A stretch of DNA of 64,000 nucleotides, taken from Octopus sinensis. Taxonomy: Eukaryota. Position numbers and translations under genes: made by a program. Below, one piece after another: positions 1 to 12,804 of this stretch; positions within the stretch are counted from its first letter, which is position 1; every line of letters begins with the position of its first letter. The stretch is from positions 67,022,001 through 67,086,000 of the forward strand of contig NC_042999.1 in assembly GCF_006345805.1 (NCBI RefSeq). Reading direction: 5' to 3'. The notes beneath the pieces are model-generated. The model was not told where the DNA came from. It saw nothing but the letters and a program-made list of their open reading frames with translations, and did not search any database.

Positions 1-686
1 AGTGGGTGGTGGCGATCCCTGCTGTACTTTTTCGTCACAACTTTCTCTCACTCTTTCTTCTGTTGGCCTGCTCGCTTAGCCATCGTCCTTTGTAGGCTAA
101 AACAATGCGAAGCGCATTGTGACCAGCGATGTGTAGCAACATCATCTGATAGGTTGGTCGGTCACGCTTTTACACGGTTGTGGCAACGATAGTTATCTCT
201 TGCAGCAGGCGTTCAAAGAGCTACTATTCAAGTTAACACATGCTTTCATTCCATCATGGAATTTTCCATTGATTGTTTTGTCATTTTCGATATTGACCAA
301 CCACTATATACAACGCATAATAGAGGTGTTAAAAATCAAATGATGCCTGTACTTGAAGCTTTTTAAAATGAGGTAAAGCCTTGCATAAGACCAAATCTAC
401 TTTCTAAACAATGCGCACCTTTGCCCTAAAGGAAGATCTGATCAACATTATTAGATACAAACAAAGTTGCAGGTGTTACATCTTCGTTTTCCTTCTCCTA
501 AAGAGGGATCTAAACAAAAACTAGGTATCTCTCACTTCCAGCTGTTGGGTGGTTGTTGATTATTGAGTTAATTCGTCCTCTGACAAGTTTTGTTCTTCGT
601 CCTGCAGAGTGTCCAACGAAAACCACACTCCTTGACAAGCAGGCTTGGTAGGGTTTCCGTTTCGCCACCGGCAAAACACACTCGTG

Positions 687-718
<32 letters not shown>

Positions 719-884
719 CACAGATAGACAGATAGATATAGATACATACATGTGTGTGTGCATGCGTGTATATATGTATGTATGTATGTACGTATGTATG
801 TATGTATGTATATTCGCATATAAGGATGTGATGCAAAATCGCATTAGCATGAAACTCAAACCGCGAAATAAGAATTCAGTTTTG

Positions 885-991
<107 letters not shown>

Positions 992-1659
992 CGTGCGTCC
1001 ATGTGTCATTAGGCGTTATTCCCTAGACTAATCGCGCATATACACTAAGCGCCAAATTTAGAATACAAGATTCCTATTTTGAAACTTGTCCGGGATCGTG
1101 TACCAGAATACGCAGAAATGAAACAGTTAATGATAATCGGAAATCGAACTGATCTAAATTTTAAAAAATTCATCATCATCAACAACATCATCATCGCTAT
1201 CATCTCCATCTTAAACACTTTGCATCTGTTTTCTGTGTCGTCATGGGTTGGTCAGTAAGATCTAAATCAGTTCTTATTCAGAATTAATGTTCGTTCTCAC
1301 AGGAGGATATGAATATTGTTGATGTTTACTCTAAAAATAAGTCTAACAATCCATAAAATTATAAGTAAATATATATGCTACAAAGGAGATTCATTGAATC
1401 AATCGATTAATCAATCAAAATCGATAACCTAAGGACACTGAGGAACATTGCAAGAGACACAACATCCTTTCTCTATTTCTCCCGATAATCAAATAATTAC
1501 ATATTTCCACCATCTTCCACCCCGGCCATGTTTTTTATATTTATCCGATTACCCATTTCATGGTTTTCGTTGTCTTACACTCAGTCATTCAGTCCATCTT
1601 GAACATTTTGGTGTATCAGACAGCTGTTCTCTAGTGTTCTATTTTCTTATTTTTTTTCT

Positions 1660-1790
1660 TGACAGTCTTCAGTTTCTCTTGAATGGTTCGAAATCGTGGT
1701 GTTCTTCGGTTCCTCTTTCCTGCTGCTACCCATTTCAATACTGTCCTTGCATCCTGATGATTTAGCTCCTGCAGAGGGTAACTAACCAAT
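1660..1790 (-). mobile_element. Degraded RTE-like LINE ORF C-terminus
   Basis: NHQDARTVLKWVAAGKRNRRTPRFRTIQEKLK resembles the RTE W.P.GKR.RGRP...W.RT motif. Confidence 0.45.
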
Positions 1791-1860
1791 TGCATCTTTA
1801 TTACACGATCACGTCCTGGAGCCTTCGCTCTTCCAAGGATTTCTTTGTTTCTCAGAAATT

Positions 1861-2089
1861 ACTCTTACTCGCTTTACTTGTTTCAGTCATTTGACTGCGG
1901 CCATGCTGGAGCACCGCCTTTAGTCAATCGAGTAAATCGACCCCAGGACTTATTCTTTGTAAGCCTAGTACTTATTCTATCGGTCTCTTTTGCCGAACCG
2001 CTAAGTTACGGGGACGTAAACACACCAGCATCAGTTGTCAATTGATGTTGGGGAAACAAACACACAAACATATACACACACTTACAATA

Positions 2090-2140
<51 letters not shown>

Positions 2141-2319
2141 TTATATATATATATACATATATAGGATGGGCTTCTTTCAGTTTCCGTTTACCAAATCCAC
2201 TCACAAGGCTTTGGTGGCCCAAGGCTATAGTAGAAGACACTTGTCCAAGGTGCCACACAGTGGGACTGAACCTGGAACCATGTGGTTGGTAAGCAAGTTA
2301 CTTACCACACAGCCACTCC
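1861..2319 (-). mobile_element. tRNA-derived SINE family A (internal TA/TG microsatellite)
   Basis: Head ggagtggctgtgtggtaag..ggttcagtcccactg and tail gactgaaacaagtaaa. More than 12 copies in the window. Confidence 0.85.
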
Positions 2320-3291
2320 ATTCTCGATTTTTAGTAAAAGTGTTTTTGGTAAAAGACATTTTGGTGACATTTTTCGCAGTTTTCTTCCTTGTTTTCCTCG
2401 GATATAGAACCTCTTTTTAGTACAAATGCAAAATTATTATGTAGGAGAATCTTGATACTGATGCCCAATGTGTCCATGAACCAATTTTTTTACAGATGCT
2501 GAAATACAGCTGTCACCGCCCAGATTGACATAAAGTGCTTAATAATTCATAAAACTATAATCTTAATAAACTGCATAATCAACAATGAAACATGTATTGC
2601 AGACTTACTTCACCTGGATCTTACCACTATTCTACATCAATTCACAGAATTAACTATTACGCTATTCTAAATAACATTGGCCCAATGCCTAGTCAAAATC
2701 AATCGCACACCTCAATAAATTTTGCTTGATTGAACTGAGAAGATCTTGATTAAATATGTAATAGGTAGACACTCCTGTAACTGTCCCTTTGCCAAGTACA
2801 TACAGGTTTGATAAGTGCGGTTGGCAGGAAAAAACATGAGGTTGCTAGTATTTTGTTGCGTTCAAACTTTTGATATCCCTTTCCTGACAACCAGCTCACC
2901 AAACAAACAATCAATCCATAAATAAAACCAAGATTAGTTCCAATAAAAAGTTGTTTCGTAATACCCTCGTATTTACAGTTGCATACATAATACTCTGCTA
3001 GCAAACATAGATACATAATTTATATATTTATACATACGAGTGTACACGTACGAAGGCGCTTGACCTGGTGGTTAATGTATTGCATTAAGGAGCACTGGGT
3101 CGTGGTTTCAATTCTCAGACCAGCGGTATGTTGCGCTCTTGAACAAAATATTTCACTTTCAAGTTACTAGGCACGTTCATTAAAGATTTCCTTTGACCCA
3201 CATCCGGTTATTGCAGGAAACGGAACTTGTACAGGTATAATTATACGTCATTTACATTCGATGGATATTTGCCCTCATCTTGTTTGCTTTT

Positions 3292-3337
3292 AACACAACG
3301 TTTCAGCTGATATACCCTCCAGCCTTCATCAGGTGTC
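3292..3337 (-). ncRNA. Minimal type I hammerhead ribozyme
   Basis: Minus strand: acac-CTGATGA-a-ggctg-gagggtatat-cagct-GAAAC-GTT-gtgt, with palindromic AACGTT stem III. Confidence 0.78.
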
Positions 3338-3392
3338 TTGAGGAAATTTTGAACCTGGATTCTCATTCCTAAGGTATTTTTCGATGTTGTTA

Positions 3393-3432
<40 letters not shown>

Positions 3433-3441
3433 TATTATTAT

Positions 3442-3482
<41 letters not shown>

Positions 3483-3563
3483 TCATGCTCGTGGACATAT
3501 GGCTTAGTGGTTAAGAGCACGGGCTACTAACCCCAAGATTCCGAGTTCGATTCCAGGCAATGA

Positions 3564-3620
<57 letters not shown>

Positions 3621-3687
3621 CTACAACAACAACAACAACATCGAAAAATACCTTAGGAATGAGAACCCAGGTTCGAAATTTCCTCAA

Positions 3688-3733
3688 GACACCTGATGAA
3701 GGCTGGAGGGTATATCAGCCGAAATGTTGTGTT
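3688..3733 (+). ncRNA. Minimal type I hammerhead ribozyme (one CpG-decay change)
   Basis: acac-CTGATGA(3693-3699)-a-ggctg...cagcc-GAAA(3721-3724)-T-GTT-gtgt. Confidence 0.72.
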
Positions 3734-5259
3734 AAAAACAAACAAGATGAGGGCAAATATCTATCGAATGTAAATAATGTAAAAAATTACATAATTCCTC
3801 ATCTCTTAAATATAGAACTGTATAATTATACGTCTCTACATGTCACATTGTAAATTGTAGCTTTCCGCTAGTATTCGTTTGTCTTTTACGACAGTTGAAG
3901 TGGACTAAGGTGTTATAACAGAGGCAGTTGAATGTAGATCCGTGATCAGGTTCTTATAATTGATAGGTCGTACACCAAGAGACTTTCAAGGAGATTAAAG
4001 AAGGTTATGGTGACGATACACCATCATACAACGTAGTCAAATGCCAGCATCGCTAGTTAAAATGTGGTCGGACATCAGTGGAAACTGCTCCTATTCCTGG
4101 ACGACCACATTCCGCCATTGATGACGATACCATCCATAAAGTGGAAGCCTCCATTTTGGAGGATCACCGCATAATTATTCGGTAACTAGCCCAAGAAGTG
4201 AAGATAAGAGTAGGTTCCGTGGAAAAAAAAATATTCATGACCATTTGCACATGCGGAAATTGTCTACACGATGGATTACCCAGATGTTCACACCTTTTCA
4301 GAAGCAGGAATGAGTCAATCGTTCCCAGTCACTTTTTGGTAATGTGCCAAGAAAATGTGAAGGACTTTTTCGGAAGACTTATCACACAGGATGAAACATA
4401 GGTCTATCACTATGATCTTGAGACTAAAGTCCAGTTGAAGCAATGGAAACGTAATAACTCACCACCTCCAAAGAAGGCTTGTGTCCAACCTTCAGCAGGC
4501 ATGGTGATACTCAGTCTTTTGAGACCAGCGCGGAGTAGTGCCGATGGATTTTCTGGCAATGGGCACCACAATTAACGAGGCATATTATGCTTCTCTGCTG
4601 CAGAAATTGCAGGGCGCCCTCAAAGCAAAGAGGCGTGGCATGCTGACCAAAGAAGTCCACCTCCTCCAAAACAATGCCGCAGTTCACAATGCACATGTTG
4701 CTCAGACGAAAGCATACTCTTGCAACTATGAAATCTTTCTTCATCTTCCTTATTCTTCCGATCTTGCACCATCTGACTTCCTCCTCTTTCCAACCATGAA
4801 GTCTTTTTTTGAAGGGGAAGCACTTTTCAGATGATGATGACCTTATTTCCGAAGTAAAGTCTTGGCTCCAGACGCAACCTACCAGCTTCTCAACAGACGA
4901 GGTCTTCACAGCTTCATAAAGCAATGAGAGAAGTGTGTCACCATTGGTGGTGACTATGTAGAGAAGGATTAATAATTATGTCAAGTTTCGTTTATCCCAG
5001 TCCTTGGGAAGTGGGTCATGGGAAAACTTTAATGAACGCCCCTCGTACCCCAGTCCAGTCAAATATAAATCGGTAACGGACTGGAGACAGAATGTTGGCC
5101 TGCTTGCCTAACCAGTGGGGTGGCATCATTCAAAAGCTACCGCAATACGAGGAAGCGCATCGTGACCAATGGTGTATAATAACATATGATAATCTAGTCG
5201 ATACAGTGATATAAATTCATATATATATACATACATACATACATATAAAGATATATATA

Positions 5260-5319
<60 letters not shown>

Positions 5320-5323
<4 letters not shown>

Positions 5324-5530
5324 ATCCAAACATGAAAACATAAAGAGAAAACACAACAACGCAGGGACGTGGAACAAGTATAGTGTTATGGACGCTCAGG
5401 AAAGGAAAGAAAGAAGGAGAACTTAACGTTTCGAGCGGAGCTCTTCGTCAGAAACATAGAAGGAAAGATCCAAGGAAGGGAAGACGGAGGGAAAAAATCA
5501 CCAACGGTACACACACGGTCACATTTTGAA
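5320..5530 (-). mobile_element. Solo pLTR-like fragment with minimal HHR (~5422-5454) abutting (TA)n
   Basis: Minus strand: ttt-CTGACGA-a-gagc-tcc-gctc-GAAAC-GTT-aag. The 3' end runs into (TA)n. Confidence 0.72.
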
Positions 5531-6245
5531 TATACACATACATACATACATACATACATACATACATACATACATACATACATACATACATACATACATA
5601 CATACATACATACGTACATACATATATACATACATACAGGCAAACACACACCAATGGCTACTACTTTGTGTGTGTGTAAGTGCTAATTTCTGGACAGGGT
5701 TATGTGCTGTGTTCTTGACCAAAACGCTTCAGTTCACGTTACACCAATCCATTCAAATGGCGAAAATGAGCAGAGCTTCAAACATCATCGTTGGCGCGAT
5801 GGAAGGCAGACATAAAGATTGTAGAAATGTTAGATTGGAGGCGATTAGATGTGGCCTGCATATAAGGCAAGATTGGGGATGGCCTTAGCCATGTTACTCA
5901 TGAGCAAGGAACACAGATATATAGATAGAACATATTTATAATTACCTTACGGTAAAGCATCCGAGACATCTAGATGTTTTTGCGGCTACTCGCTTTTTCG
6001 GTCGGTGTTCAGTGAGACAGGTTCCCATGAATTATCGCTATAAATAGCAAATAGCAGTGGCCACGAGGGGTTGAATATAATGAAAACAAACTGAGTGCGT
6101 TTATGTATATCCAACTAAAGAAAATCCTATCTTGGCCGAGGTAGTAAAAATCCCTCCAAAGTGTTCTACAAGAAAAGATATCAAGTTAAAAAAAATTGTT
6201 AATGTCTAGGAACGATTTTAGATTATGATAATGATGATGACGTTA

Positions 6246-6280
<35 letters not shown>

Positions 6281-6926
6281 AATGATGATGATGATGATGA
6301 TGACGATGACGACGACGACAACAACGATAATGATGATGATGATGATGATGACGGCGGTGACGACGACGACGATGATGATTGTGATGATATGACGATGGCG
6401 ACGAGGATATTTTCTTTATTAGCTGCAAGGGCTCTAAGATAGAAAAAAAAATAATACAAAGCTTGCACACGCGTTGTGTCCTTGAGCAAGACACTCTATT
6501 TCAAGTTGCTCCAGCCTGTTCAACTGGCAAAAGTGAGCCGTACCTGTGAAAAATGCGTTTACAGTATATGAAAGGAAGAGATGAGACACACCCTCACACA
6601 CACATGTATATGCAAATATACATATAGTTGCATGGAAAAAGGTACATAAAACATAAACTAATTAAAACTAGATATAATTAAAGGAAATCAAACATGAAAG
6701 ATTACTGGTAACGTTATGTTAAGGTACTCTACGACACTGTTCCCGTAATCCTTTCTCAAATTGTGCATGAGTGCAATCTAATGCACCAGTAAGATTTTTT
6801 TATACACTTGGTACTGAAAAAAAGCAACATATTGAATGCGGTCGCTTTTAAATTCTGTGTAATGTCTTAGTTTTAATTTTATCAACAAGTTATCTTTAAC
6901 ATGTTGTTTATATTCTGATTTGGTGA

Positions 6927-7195
6927 GCACGCATGGCTCAGTAGTTAGAGCGTCAGGCTCATAATCACGAGGTAATGGGTTCGATTCCCAGCCGGGGTGT
7001 GTGTTGTGTTCTTGAGCAAGACACTTTATTTCATGTTGTTCCACTTCACTCATCTGTAGAAATGAGCTGCGACGCCACTGGTGCCAAATTGTATCGGCTT
7101 TTGCCTTTCCTTTGGATAACATCGGTGGCGTGGAGAGGAGAGGCTGGTATGCATGGGCAACTGCTGGTCTTCCATAAACAACCTTCCCCTGATAC
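6927..7195 (+). mobile_element. tRNA-derived SINE family C
   Basis: A/B boxes tggctcagtagttagagc / gggttcgattccc, then gtgttcttgagcaagacactttatttc. Copies at ~10185-10510(+), 46478-46810(+) and 48335-48650(-). Confidence 0.8.
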
Positions 7196-7590
7196 TTAGC
7201 ATTCGAGTACTAATCCGAAAATCTTCGCTGTTCCCAGTAGAGCAGATTTCTGAGCATGTTCTACTCTCTTGTCAATCCCAATATCTCCAACAAATCTCTC
7301 CAAACAGGTTTTTAATGCTCCCAGAGGTCCAACAACTTTTTTATTGCCCTCTCCCCCTCTCTCTCTCTCTCTCTCTCTCTTCGTATATATCTTTTTTTGT
7401 TCTGTTTTTTTTTGTAGTTTCTCTTGTAAGGCAGAAAGCAGTCATGCACAACATAGTGACTCGTTGAACTTAGTGTACTATTGTAATGAAGGGTACCTAG
7501 TTAGAAGTTTAGACTCACCAACAACATGTCTAGGAGGGCAGTACCTCTCCTGAGCCCAGGAAAACAGTAACTTTAAACAACAACAAAAAA

Positions 7591-7820
7591 AGGCGGCAAG
7601 CTGGCAGAAACGTTAGCACGCCGGGCGCAATACTTTGTGGTATTTCGTCCGTCACTGCATTCTGAGTTCAAATTCCGCCAAGGTTGACTGCCTTTCATCC
7701 TTTCGGGATCGAAAAATTAAGTACCAGTTACGCACTGGGGTCGATGTAATCGACTTAATTCCTTTGTCTGTCCTTGTTTGTCCCCTCTATGTTTAGCACC
7801 TTGTGGGCAATAAAGAAATA
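7591..7820 (+). mobile_element. tRNA-derived SINE family B
   Basis: ggcggcaagctggcagaaacgttagc..gagttcaaattccgcc..gcctttcatcctttcggg. Flanking duplication agtaactttaaaca (7567-7580, 7821-7834). Other copies at ~44780, 48010, 49365(-), 56930 and 62270. Confidence 0.85.
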
Positions 7821-7990
7821 AGTAACTTTAAACAGAAATTTTCATAGAGGCATAGACTGTGGTAGCTGTAATGAAGATAATCTTTCTGGGAGAGTAACAT
7901 CTCTGAATAAAAGTCATTACAGGGTAGAAGGGAAACTTCAGTCCTTTCAGAAATACAAGAAAAATAGAGGAAAGAGAGATCTATAACATG

Positions 7991-8305
7991 CAGGGGTTGG
8001 ACAAAATAATGGAAACACCAGTTTTTATTTAACTATTTTTTTCTCTATTGGCAATATAATGAATTGGAAACCATTCTAGCTTGTATATATATGAATATAT
8101 GCATTATGTATGCCTTGTACTTCATGATGTAACTTTCCATTTTTCTTTTCTTGCAGATAAGTTAAAATGTGTAACCTATCTAATTTCCAAAGAGAACAAA
8201 CTGTTGGAGCTCAGCTGGCGGGAGCTTCAGTCACAAAAATTGGTGAATAGTTTTATGTTTCAAGAAGTGCTGTCTCTAAAATCATGTTAACATTCCAAAA
8301 AGGAA
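7991..8305 (+). mobile_element. Tc1-like transposon 5' fragment
   Basis: TIR-like caggggttggacaaaataatggaaacacc, then MCNLSNFQREQTVGAQLAGASVTKIGE*FYVSRSAVSKIM (Tc1 N-terminal HTH). Confidence 0.75.
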
Positions 8306-9322
8306 GTAAATCCAGCTTTGACAAGCATAATTCTGGACAGAAGGCAAAGCCAATAGGGAAGGACAGAAGGAAAAGTTGATAGGAGAAAACAGAAGGCAAA
8401 GCTGGTAGGGAAGACAGAAGGCACTGAAACCATATATATACATTGTATTACTAAGGATGTATGCAATGCATATACTATATAGAATGTAATACATTTAGAA
8501 TAGTGTATGTAATAGATCTAGTGTACAGTACGTACATAATACATATGCTATATAGTATGCTAGACATATGGGAATCTTGTATGTAATACAACTAGTATAT
8601 GGTATGTAATACATATATATAATATGTAATACCTCTAGAGGATAGCTTGGAATGCCTTATGGGATGTAATACACATAGTATATAGTAAGTACTACATACA
8701 GAATATAGTGTGTAATGCATCTACTACCCTCTTCATCATCATCACCATTTAACATCCACTTTTCCATGCTTGCATGGGTCAGACAGAATTTGTTGAAGCA
8801 GATATTTTTCTACAACCAGATGCTCTTCCTGTTGCCAACCCTCAGATATTTCCGAGCAAGGCAATATTTTCTCAAGGCCAGACATGTTCTTCATGAGAAA
8901 ATGGAAAAGAATAAGCTCATTTGTATGATAATGATGCTCATTTGCTGTCATCAAGTGGTGTCTAGACAAGGGTACACACGAAAATATACACACATATACA
9001 TTTCAGTTTCCTCTGCCAAATCAACTCCCAAGGCTTTGATTGGCCTGGAGTGATACTTACTCACTATGCTGCACAGTAGGACTGAAGCAAGTTTCTTAAC
9101 CACACAGCAACACCTGCACCTATATATATATATACACTCACACACACACTGAGCCCCCACATTGTTAGGCAAATCAACCTTCTCTCAATAAATGACTATA
9201 TATCTGCAAATTCTGTTAAAATAAATTGGATCTGCACAGATGAAAACAAACATCAGCCATTATTGTGTAGCAGCAATCTGCTGTTCCAAATTATTAGGTG
9301 GGTGCCCAATTTAAATGTCATT

Positions 9323-9426
9323 ATGGGTCAGAAATGTGATTTTACTTCGAATGAGAAATCTACCATTGTGTCAGAGCTTGGAAAAGGAAAAAAAAAACCA
9401 TAGAAATATCAAAAATATTGGGAAGA
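9323..9426 (+). mobile_element. Tc1-like transposase N-terminal fragment
   Basis: MGQKCDFTSNEKSTIVSELGKG...IEISKILGR. Confidence 0.55.
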
Positions 9427-9686
9427 ATATTGAAAAACAAGTTTTACACTACTAAATTAGCATTTGTTGAAAGATGAATATTTCTTCAGAATATCAAAAT
9501 TGTGCATGTAACAAATATAATTTAGGTTTTAGTTGATTTTTGCTAGATTTCACAGGTTAAACTTAAAGATTACCAAACATTATATGGGAATTTGAATCAA
9601 TAAAAATTATTGAGAAGATCAAAATTATTCATTTAATCTTTTATAGCTGAAATGAGTGCCAGAATATAGAAAACTTTGCAGGTTAT

Positions 9687-9737
<51 letters not shown>

Positions 9738-11245
9738 ATACATTCGAGCGTGGCCATTGCCAGTGCCATCTGACTGGCTCCTGTGCCAGTGACATGTAAA
9801 AAGCACCATTCGAGCATGGTCGTTGCCAGTGCCACCTGACTAGCCCTTGGGGCAGTGGCACATAAAAAACACCCACTACACTCTTGGGGTTATAGAAAAC
9901 CTTGCTAGAGCAGATTGGAGCCTGGTACAGCCTTCTGGCTTGACAGTCCACAGTCAAACCATCCAACCCATGCCAGCATGGAAAGCAGACGTTAAACGAC
10001 GACGACGATGATGGTGATGATGATGATGATGATAACGACAATGACGATGATGATGATGATGACGACAACGACGATGATGATGATGATGACAACAACGATG
10101 ATGATGGCGACGACGACGACAACAGCGGTGATGATGATACTAGTCATCTAGTATATGTAACTTGTGTATACTATGAAGTGTGTGAAGGCACATGGCTTAG
10201 TAGTTAGGGTATTTGGCTTATAGTTATAAGGTTGTGGGTTTGATTCCTGGTAGTATGTTGTGTCCTTGAGCAAGACACTTTATTTCATGTTGCTCCAGTC
10301 CACTCAGCTGGCAAAAATTAAGTTGTACCTGGAATTCAAAGGGGCCAGCATTATCACATTTGGTGTGCCATGCTGAATCTCCCTGAGAACTACATTAAGT
10401 ACAGATGTGATTGTGTAGTACTCAACCACCTGCATGTTAATTTTAAGAGCAGGCTGTGCCACAGTCCAGATCAACAGGAACACAAATCATCATAACCAAC
10501 GAAGTGCCAGTTACTATGAAGTGCATATATTACATCTAGTATATAGTATGTGTGAAAGAGTATGGCCTTGTGGTTGAGGCATGGGCTGGCAATAGTTAGA
10601 TCATGGGTTCAATCCCCAGGCCAGGTCACATGTAGTTTACTTGAATAAGTTACTTCATTTTACATTGTGCCAATCAATTTAGTTAAGACGAGTCCCAGTA
10701 AAGTACTGGGGTAGTTGTGCTATTTTAGATGTTCCACAGGGTCATTGACACCTCCTCAGACTTTCCAGTGGTCATTGGCCCTACTTCAGGCACTGGAAAG
10801 GGCCAAGGGATCTCAATGTCTGCTTACAATTGCACAGATGTCAAAACCAAAGCTTGAATGCATGGTACATGATACCAGGTTATACTGAAAATATGAGAGG
10901 CATACATTTAATCTATTGTGTGAAATAATCTAGTACATACCATGTACTACATCTGCTATGTAATATGCACTAGTTAATATATAGCTTAACAAGTACATAG
11001 ATCATGGAGTATAAACTATAAATGTATACACACACAGACTCAGACACACAAACACATGCATGCACACACACACACACACACATACACATACACATATATA
11101 TGTATATATATATATATATATATTAACAATTAAGGAACGGCCATAATAGGCCATTCACCCACTAGAAATAACAGCCAAAGCTTCTACCGCAAATAAAGAT
11201 TAATTCCGTAAACAGGAGAAAATTAAAAAAAACATTTACCCTGTA

Positions 11246-11352
11246 ATTTCTTGTACGGTATACCGTTTCATCCGCTGTTTAATGGTAAACTAACCTGATT
11301 AAATTAAATCAAGCCAATCTTCCATAAGCCCTCGGATTCTTCAGCAAGAAAT
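11246..11352 (-). ncRNA. Type I hammerhead ribozyme, array copy 1
   Basis: Minus strand: atttcttg-CTGAAGA-atccg...cggat-GAAAC-ggtatacc-GTA-caagaaat (stem I, core, stem II, GAAA, palindromic stem III, GUA site, stem I'). Confidence 0.88.
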
Positions 11353-11735
11353 AGCTCAAGTCGGAACAGATATTTACACGAGGCATACCCAATCTTGCCA
11401 AGGCAATATCTGACCTAAAATTTTCAAATCGTCGCACTCGCGCCAAATTTATCGGCAGCAATAAATATCAGCCGTCGATTCCATTACGGAATTAACCAAA
11501 AAATTCATAATTAATCAATATAGGGTGGCAAGGAAAATTTTGTGGAATTTTTTGCCACCAGCGGCCCAGTGGGAAAAAATTAAATAGTCATAGACCATTT
11601 TTAAGTTCAACATTAACAATTAAGGAACGGCCATAATAGGCCATTCACCCACTAGAAATAACAGCCAAAGCTTCTACCCGCAAATAAAGATTAATTCCGT
11701 AAACAGGAGAAAATTAAAAAAACATTTACCCTGTA

Positions 11736-11842
11736 ATTTCTTGTACGGTATACCGTTTCATCCGCTGTTTAATGGTAAACTAACCTGATTAAATTAAATC
11801 AAGCCAATCTTCCATAAGCCCTCGGATTCTTCAGCAAGAAAT
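11736..11842 (-). ncRNA. Type I hammerhead ribozyme, array copy 2
   Basis: Same motif as copy 1, 490 bp away. Confidence 0.88.
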
Positions 11843-12226
11843 AGCTCAAGTCGGAACAGATATTTACACGAGGCATACCCAATCTTGCCAAGGCAATATC
11901 TGACCTAAAATTTTCAAATCGTCGCACTCGCGCCAAATTTATCGGCAGCAAATAAATATCAGCCGTCGATTCCATTACGGAATTAACCAAAAAATTCATA
12001 ATTAATCAATATAGGGTGGCAAGGAAAATTTTGTAGAATTTTATTGCCACCAGCGGCCCAGTGGGAAAAAAATTAAATAGTCATAGACCATTTTTAAGTT
12101 CAACATTAACAATTAAGGAACGGCCATAATAGGCCATTCACCCACTAGAAATAACAGCCAAAGCTTCTACCGCAAATAAAGATTAATTCCGTAAACAGGA
12201 GAAAATTAAAAAACATTTACCCTGTA

Positions 12227-12333
12227 ATTTCTTGTACGGTATACCGTTTCATCCGCTGTTTAATGGTAAACTAACCTGATTAAATTAAATCAAGCCAATC
12301 TTCCATAAGCCCTCGGATTCTTCAGCAAGAAAT
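12227..12333 (-). ncRNA. Type I hammerhead ribozyme, array copy 3
   Basis: Same motif as copy 1. Confidence 0.88.
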
Positions 12334-12804
12334 AGCTCAAGTCGGAACAGATATTTACACGAGGCATACCCAATCTTGCCAAGGCAATATCTGACCTAAA
12401 ATTTTCAAATCGTCGCACTCGCGCCAAATTTATTTTTTTTAATTTTCTCCTGTTTACGGAATTAATCTTTATTTGCGGTAGAAGCTTTGGCTGTTATTTC
12501 TAGTGGGTGAATGGCCTATTATGGCCGTTCCTTAATTGTTAATGTTGAACTTAAAAATGGTCTATGACTATTTAATTTTTTCCCACTGGGCCGCTGGTGG
12601 CAATAAAATTCTACAAAATTTTCCTTGCCACCCTATATTGATTAATTATGAATTTTTTGGTTAATTCCGTAATGGAATCGACGGCTGATATTTATTTGCT
12701 GCCGATAAATTTGGCGCGAGTGCGACGATTTGAAAATTTTAGGTCAGATATTGCCTTGGCAAGATTGGGTATGCCTCGTGTAAATATCTGTTCCGACTTG
12801 AGCT

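Larger units (their letters stand above)
3250..3819. mobile_element. tRNA-headed SINE-like element with HHR-bearing tail plus an inverted tail copy, nested in a mariner
   Basis: 15-bp TSD gtataattatacgtc at 3235-3249 and 3820-3834. A box tggcttagtgg (3500-3510) and B box gagttcgattcc (3543-3554), then an (AAT)n spacer. The tail at ~3635-3780 is the reverse complement of ~3250-3390. Confidence 0.85.
3167..5045 (+). mobile_element. Degenerate full-length mariner transposon (transposase pseudogene)
   Basis: Imperfect TIRs (cgttcattaaag..tgacccac) at both ends, flanked by TA. Transposase motifs ITQDET, LLQNNA and YSSDLAPSDFLLF, with stops and frameshifts. Confidence 0.88.

Noticed and set aside
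3491-3565. Functional tRNA (ACT anticodon)
   Set aside because: No proper acceptor stem, embedded in a TSD-flanked repeat, and repeated at 31.4 kb; it is a SINE head.
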